Shown: positions 36,767-37,933 of the stretch, piece by piece
How the letters are laid out: each line of letters starts with the position of its first letter
Position numbering within the stretch: the first letter of the stretch is position 1
Source: a virus
Length of the DNA: 37,933 nt
Virus record (IMG/VR): IMGVR_UViG_3300045988_053041
Span: 1 to 37,933 of that record
Reading direction: 5' to 3' (one strand)
Position numbers and translations under genes: made by a program
The notes under the pieces: model-generated
Seen by the model: only the letters and a program-made list of their open reading frames with translations
Told to the model about the DNA's origin: nothing
The model's database searches: none

Positions 36767-37219
36767 TCATCGATTGCTGTTGATAATTTCTGCTGCCTTG
36801 TCGGTCATGGCCTTATTGGCGCGGTCCCACGTGGATTTGACCGCGTTAGACCAATAGTAGTCGGCCTTGATTTTGCCGCCCGTGCGGCGGCCGTAGTTGA
36901 GGACAAAGCCCTTGACCGCATATTTCTGCTGCCGCGAATCCTTGCCGGAGATCGTGACGTACATGTACGGCACGCCCTTTTTGTCACGGGAGACCTTGCG
37001 CGCCTTTGTAAAGTGCCGCAAGGTCTCGCCGGTCCGGCGGGGTTTGGTATTCTGGTGCCCGGCCTCGATAAAGGCGGAGTGGACGCTTTTATACATCTCA
37101 TCCACGCCGACCGACAAAATCGCCTGAAGGTTGTCGTCGGTAAAAAGGTTGGCTTGGTTCAGCTGCCGGATAGCTTCCTGGATGCCGTCCAGCGCGATTT
37201 TCGTATCGAGCTGCGCCAT
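36767..37219 (-). CDS. HK97 gp10-like tail-completion / head-tail joining protein
   Basis: 150 aa, ...ETLRHFTKARKVSRDKKGVPYMYVTISGKD...FVLNYGRR... Its position in the neck module supports the call. Confidence 0.65.
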   Translation of the reverse strand: MAQLDTKIALDGIQEAIRQLNQANLFTDDNLQAILSVGVDEMYKSVHSAFIEAGHQNTKPRRTGETLRHFTKARKVSRDKKGVPYMYVTISGKDSRQQKYAVKGFVLNYGRRTGGKIKADYYWSNAVKSTWDRANKAMTDKAAEIINSNR

Positions 37220-37554
37220 CAGATCACCTCGCAGGGGATGTCTGAGTAATACGTCATGGTCTCCTCGTCAAAGGACTGCTCGCTTTGGCCGATGGCGATG
37301 TGCGCCGCCGCCAGCGCTTGCAGCACCTCCGCGGTCAGCGTGTCGCCCTCGGCCTGCGTGGCCACGGTGACAACACACAGGCCGACCGTTGCAAAGGGTA
37401 TCCCGTCTGCGTTCACGCTGCGCACGCCGGTCGGCGTCCAGACGAGGTAGCGCGTGAGCGGCGAGCCGTCCGGCGCGTGCTCCGGAGCCTGCACCTTATA
37501 CACAGCGCCGGGGAGCACGGTCTCGAGCGCCTGCTCAATCTTGGAGTATTTCAT
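37219..37554 (-). CDS. Neck / tail-terminator-like structural protein
   Basis: 111-aa ORF coupled by TGATG in the connector cluster. Confidence 0.6.
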   Translation of the reverse strand: MKYSKIEQALETVLPGAVYKVQAPEHAPDGSPLTRYLVWTPTGVRSVNADGIPFATVGLCVVTVATQAEGDTLTAEVLQALAAAHIAIGQSEQSFDEETMTYYSDIPCEVI

Positions 37555-37876
37555 ACTTGCCCTCCGGTTCTGCCAAGCTCAGCGTCGTGATCGGCAGGCC
37601 GTCGGAGTCATAGCCCCGCTGCGCCTGGTCGATGCGGTAAATGTGGTCGTCCTCGAGCAGCACGAACTGCTCGGCCTTGATATCCTCGCCGCCGAAGACG
37701 CGGGGGATGCTGACCATCCGGGTAAGCTGCACACCGGCTTGCTTCCCGGCATAAAATCGGGCAGCGTAGACCTCCCGCTCGCAGTAAAAGTGGCTCGAGG
37801 CGATACGCAGGCGGCGCTGGAGTGGGGAGGCTGCGGGCAGCAGGTCGCAGACCGTGCACACTTTGTCGTAGATCAT
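37535..37876 (-). CDS. Head-closure / head-tail adaptor protein
   Basis: 113 aa. ATGA overlap with the gp6-like connector gene that crosses the junction. Confidence 0.65.
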   Translation of the reverse strand: MIYDKVCTVCDLLPAASPLQRRLRIASSHFYCEREVYAARFYAGKQAGVQLTRMVSIPRVFGGEDIKAEQFVLLEDDHIYRIDQAQRGYDSDGLPITTLSLAEPEGKYEILQD

Positions 37877-37933
37877 CCCGTGCCGCCTCCCATCTTCTGC
37901 TGCGCAAGCTTGTCGTTGAGCATCCGTCGCAGA
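37873..37933 (-). CDS. 3' end of the gp6-like connector gene (same gene as 1..288)
   Basis: Reading from 288 through base 1 (= 37879) continues GGA TGA, ending at 37873-37875. Confidence 0.75.
   Translation of the reverse strand, partial: LRRMLNDKLAQQKMGGGTG
37879..37933. repeat. Second copy of the 55-bp terminal overlap
   Basis: Identical to bases 1-55. Confidence 0.95.

Larger units (their letters stand above)
1..37878. mobile_element. Complete temperate tailed-phage genome (HK97-type head, siphovirus-like tail), circular unit ~37,878 bp
   Basis: Packaging, head, tail, lysis, lysogeny (integrase, CI/Cro-like switch, attP) and replication modules are all present. The window ends overlap by 55 identical bases, so the sequence closes on itself. 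Confidence 0.9.

Noticed and set aside
1-37933. CRISPR arrays, reverse transcriptase with DGR template/variable repeats, retron-like ncRNA, and IS or transposon ends.
   Set aside because: I found no regularly spaced direct repeats with unique spacers. No RT-like ORF is present, and I noticed no long near-identical repeat pair near the fibre genes. No transposase or terminal inverted repeats are present.

Overview
The window is a complete, circularly closed genome of a temperate siphovirus-like phage with HK97-type head genes. Unit length is about 37,878 bp, because bases 1-55 recur at 37879-37933 as an assembly overlap. G+C looks high by eye and Shine-Dalgarno sites are strong. Family flavours (Cys-rich KTR, XhlA, BspA-type LRR, Cu-amine-oxidase-like wall-binding domain) suggest a Clostridia-like Firmicute host.

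Most genes are on the minus strand.
- Early operon (18678 down to 7231), led by a Cro-like gene: Xis-like protein, HTH protein, a 33-aa hydrophobic peptide, a replisome organiser with an internal iteron origin, DnaB, ParA, an atypical 503-aa ParB, about 15 small early genes (Lar-like, lipoprotein, DUF551), an HUH rolling-circle Rep and a Cys-rich KTR protein. It ends in tandem terminators.
- Late operon (7118 down to 305, wrapping to 37876 down to 25522): HNH, a cos-type gap, a TerS-like::TerL fusion, a frameshifted DNA methyltransferase, portal, protease, capsid, connectors, major tail, G/GT chaperone, tape measure, Dit, Tal, LRR fibres, XhlA, holins, endolysin.

The plus strand carries two blocks.
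- Lysogeny side: CI-like repressor, three Zn-ribbon/TM membrane proteins, a membrane-anchored HTH protein, a tyrosine integrase and attP with a tRNA 3' fragment.
- An isolated 3-gene moron behind a perfect consensus promoter.

The most striking unexplained signal is eight dispersed copies of a 17-bp GTGTC-N7-GACAC element.
- Five copies are identical and two lie inside parB.
- All six intragenic copies are read in the same codon phase as V-S-x-x-D-T.
- One copy abuts the integrase RBS and one forms a bidirectional terminator.
- I read this as an uncharacterised ParABS-like centromere or loading-site system embedded in the coding sequence of an integrase-bearing phage.

All functional calls come from reading the translations; no database search was possible.
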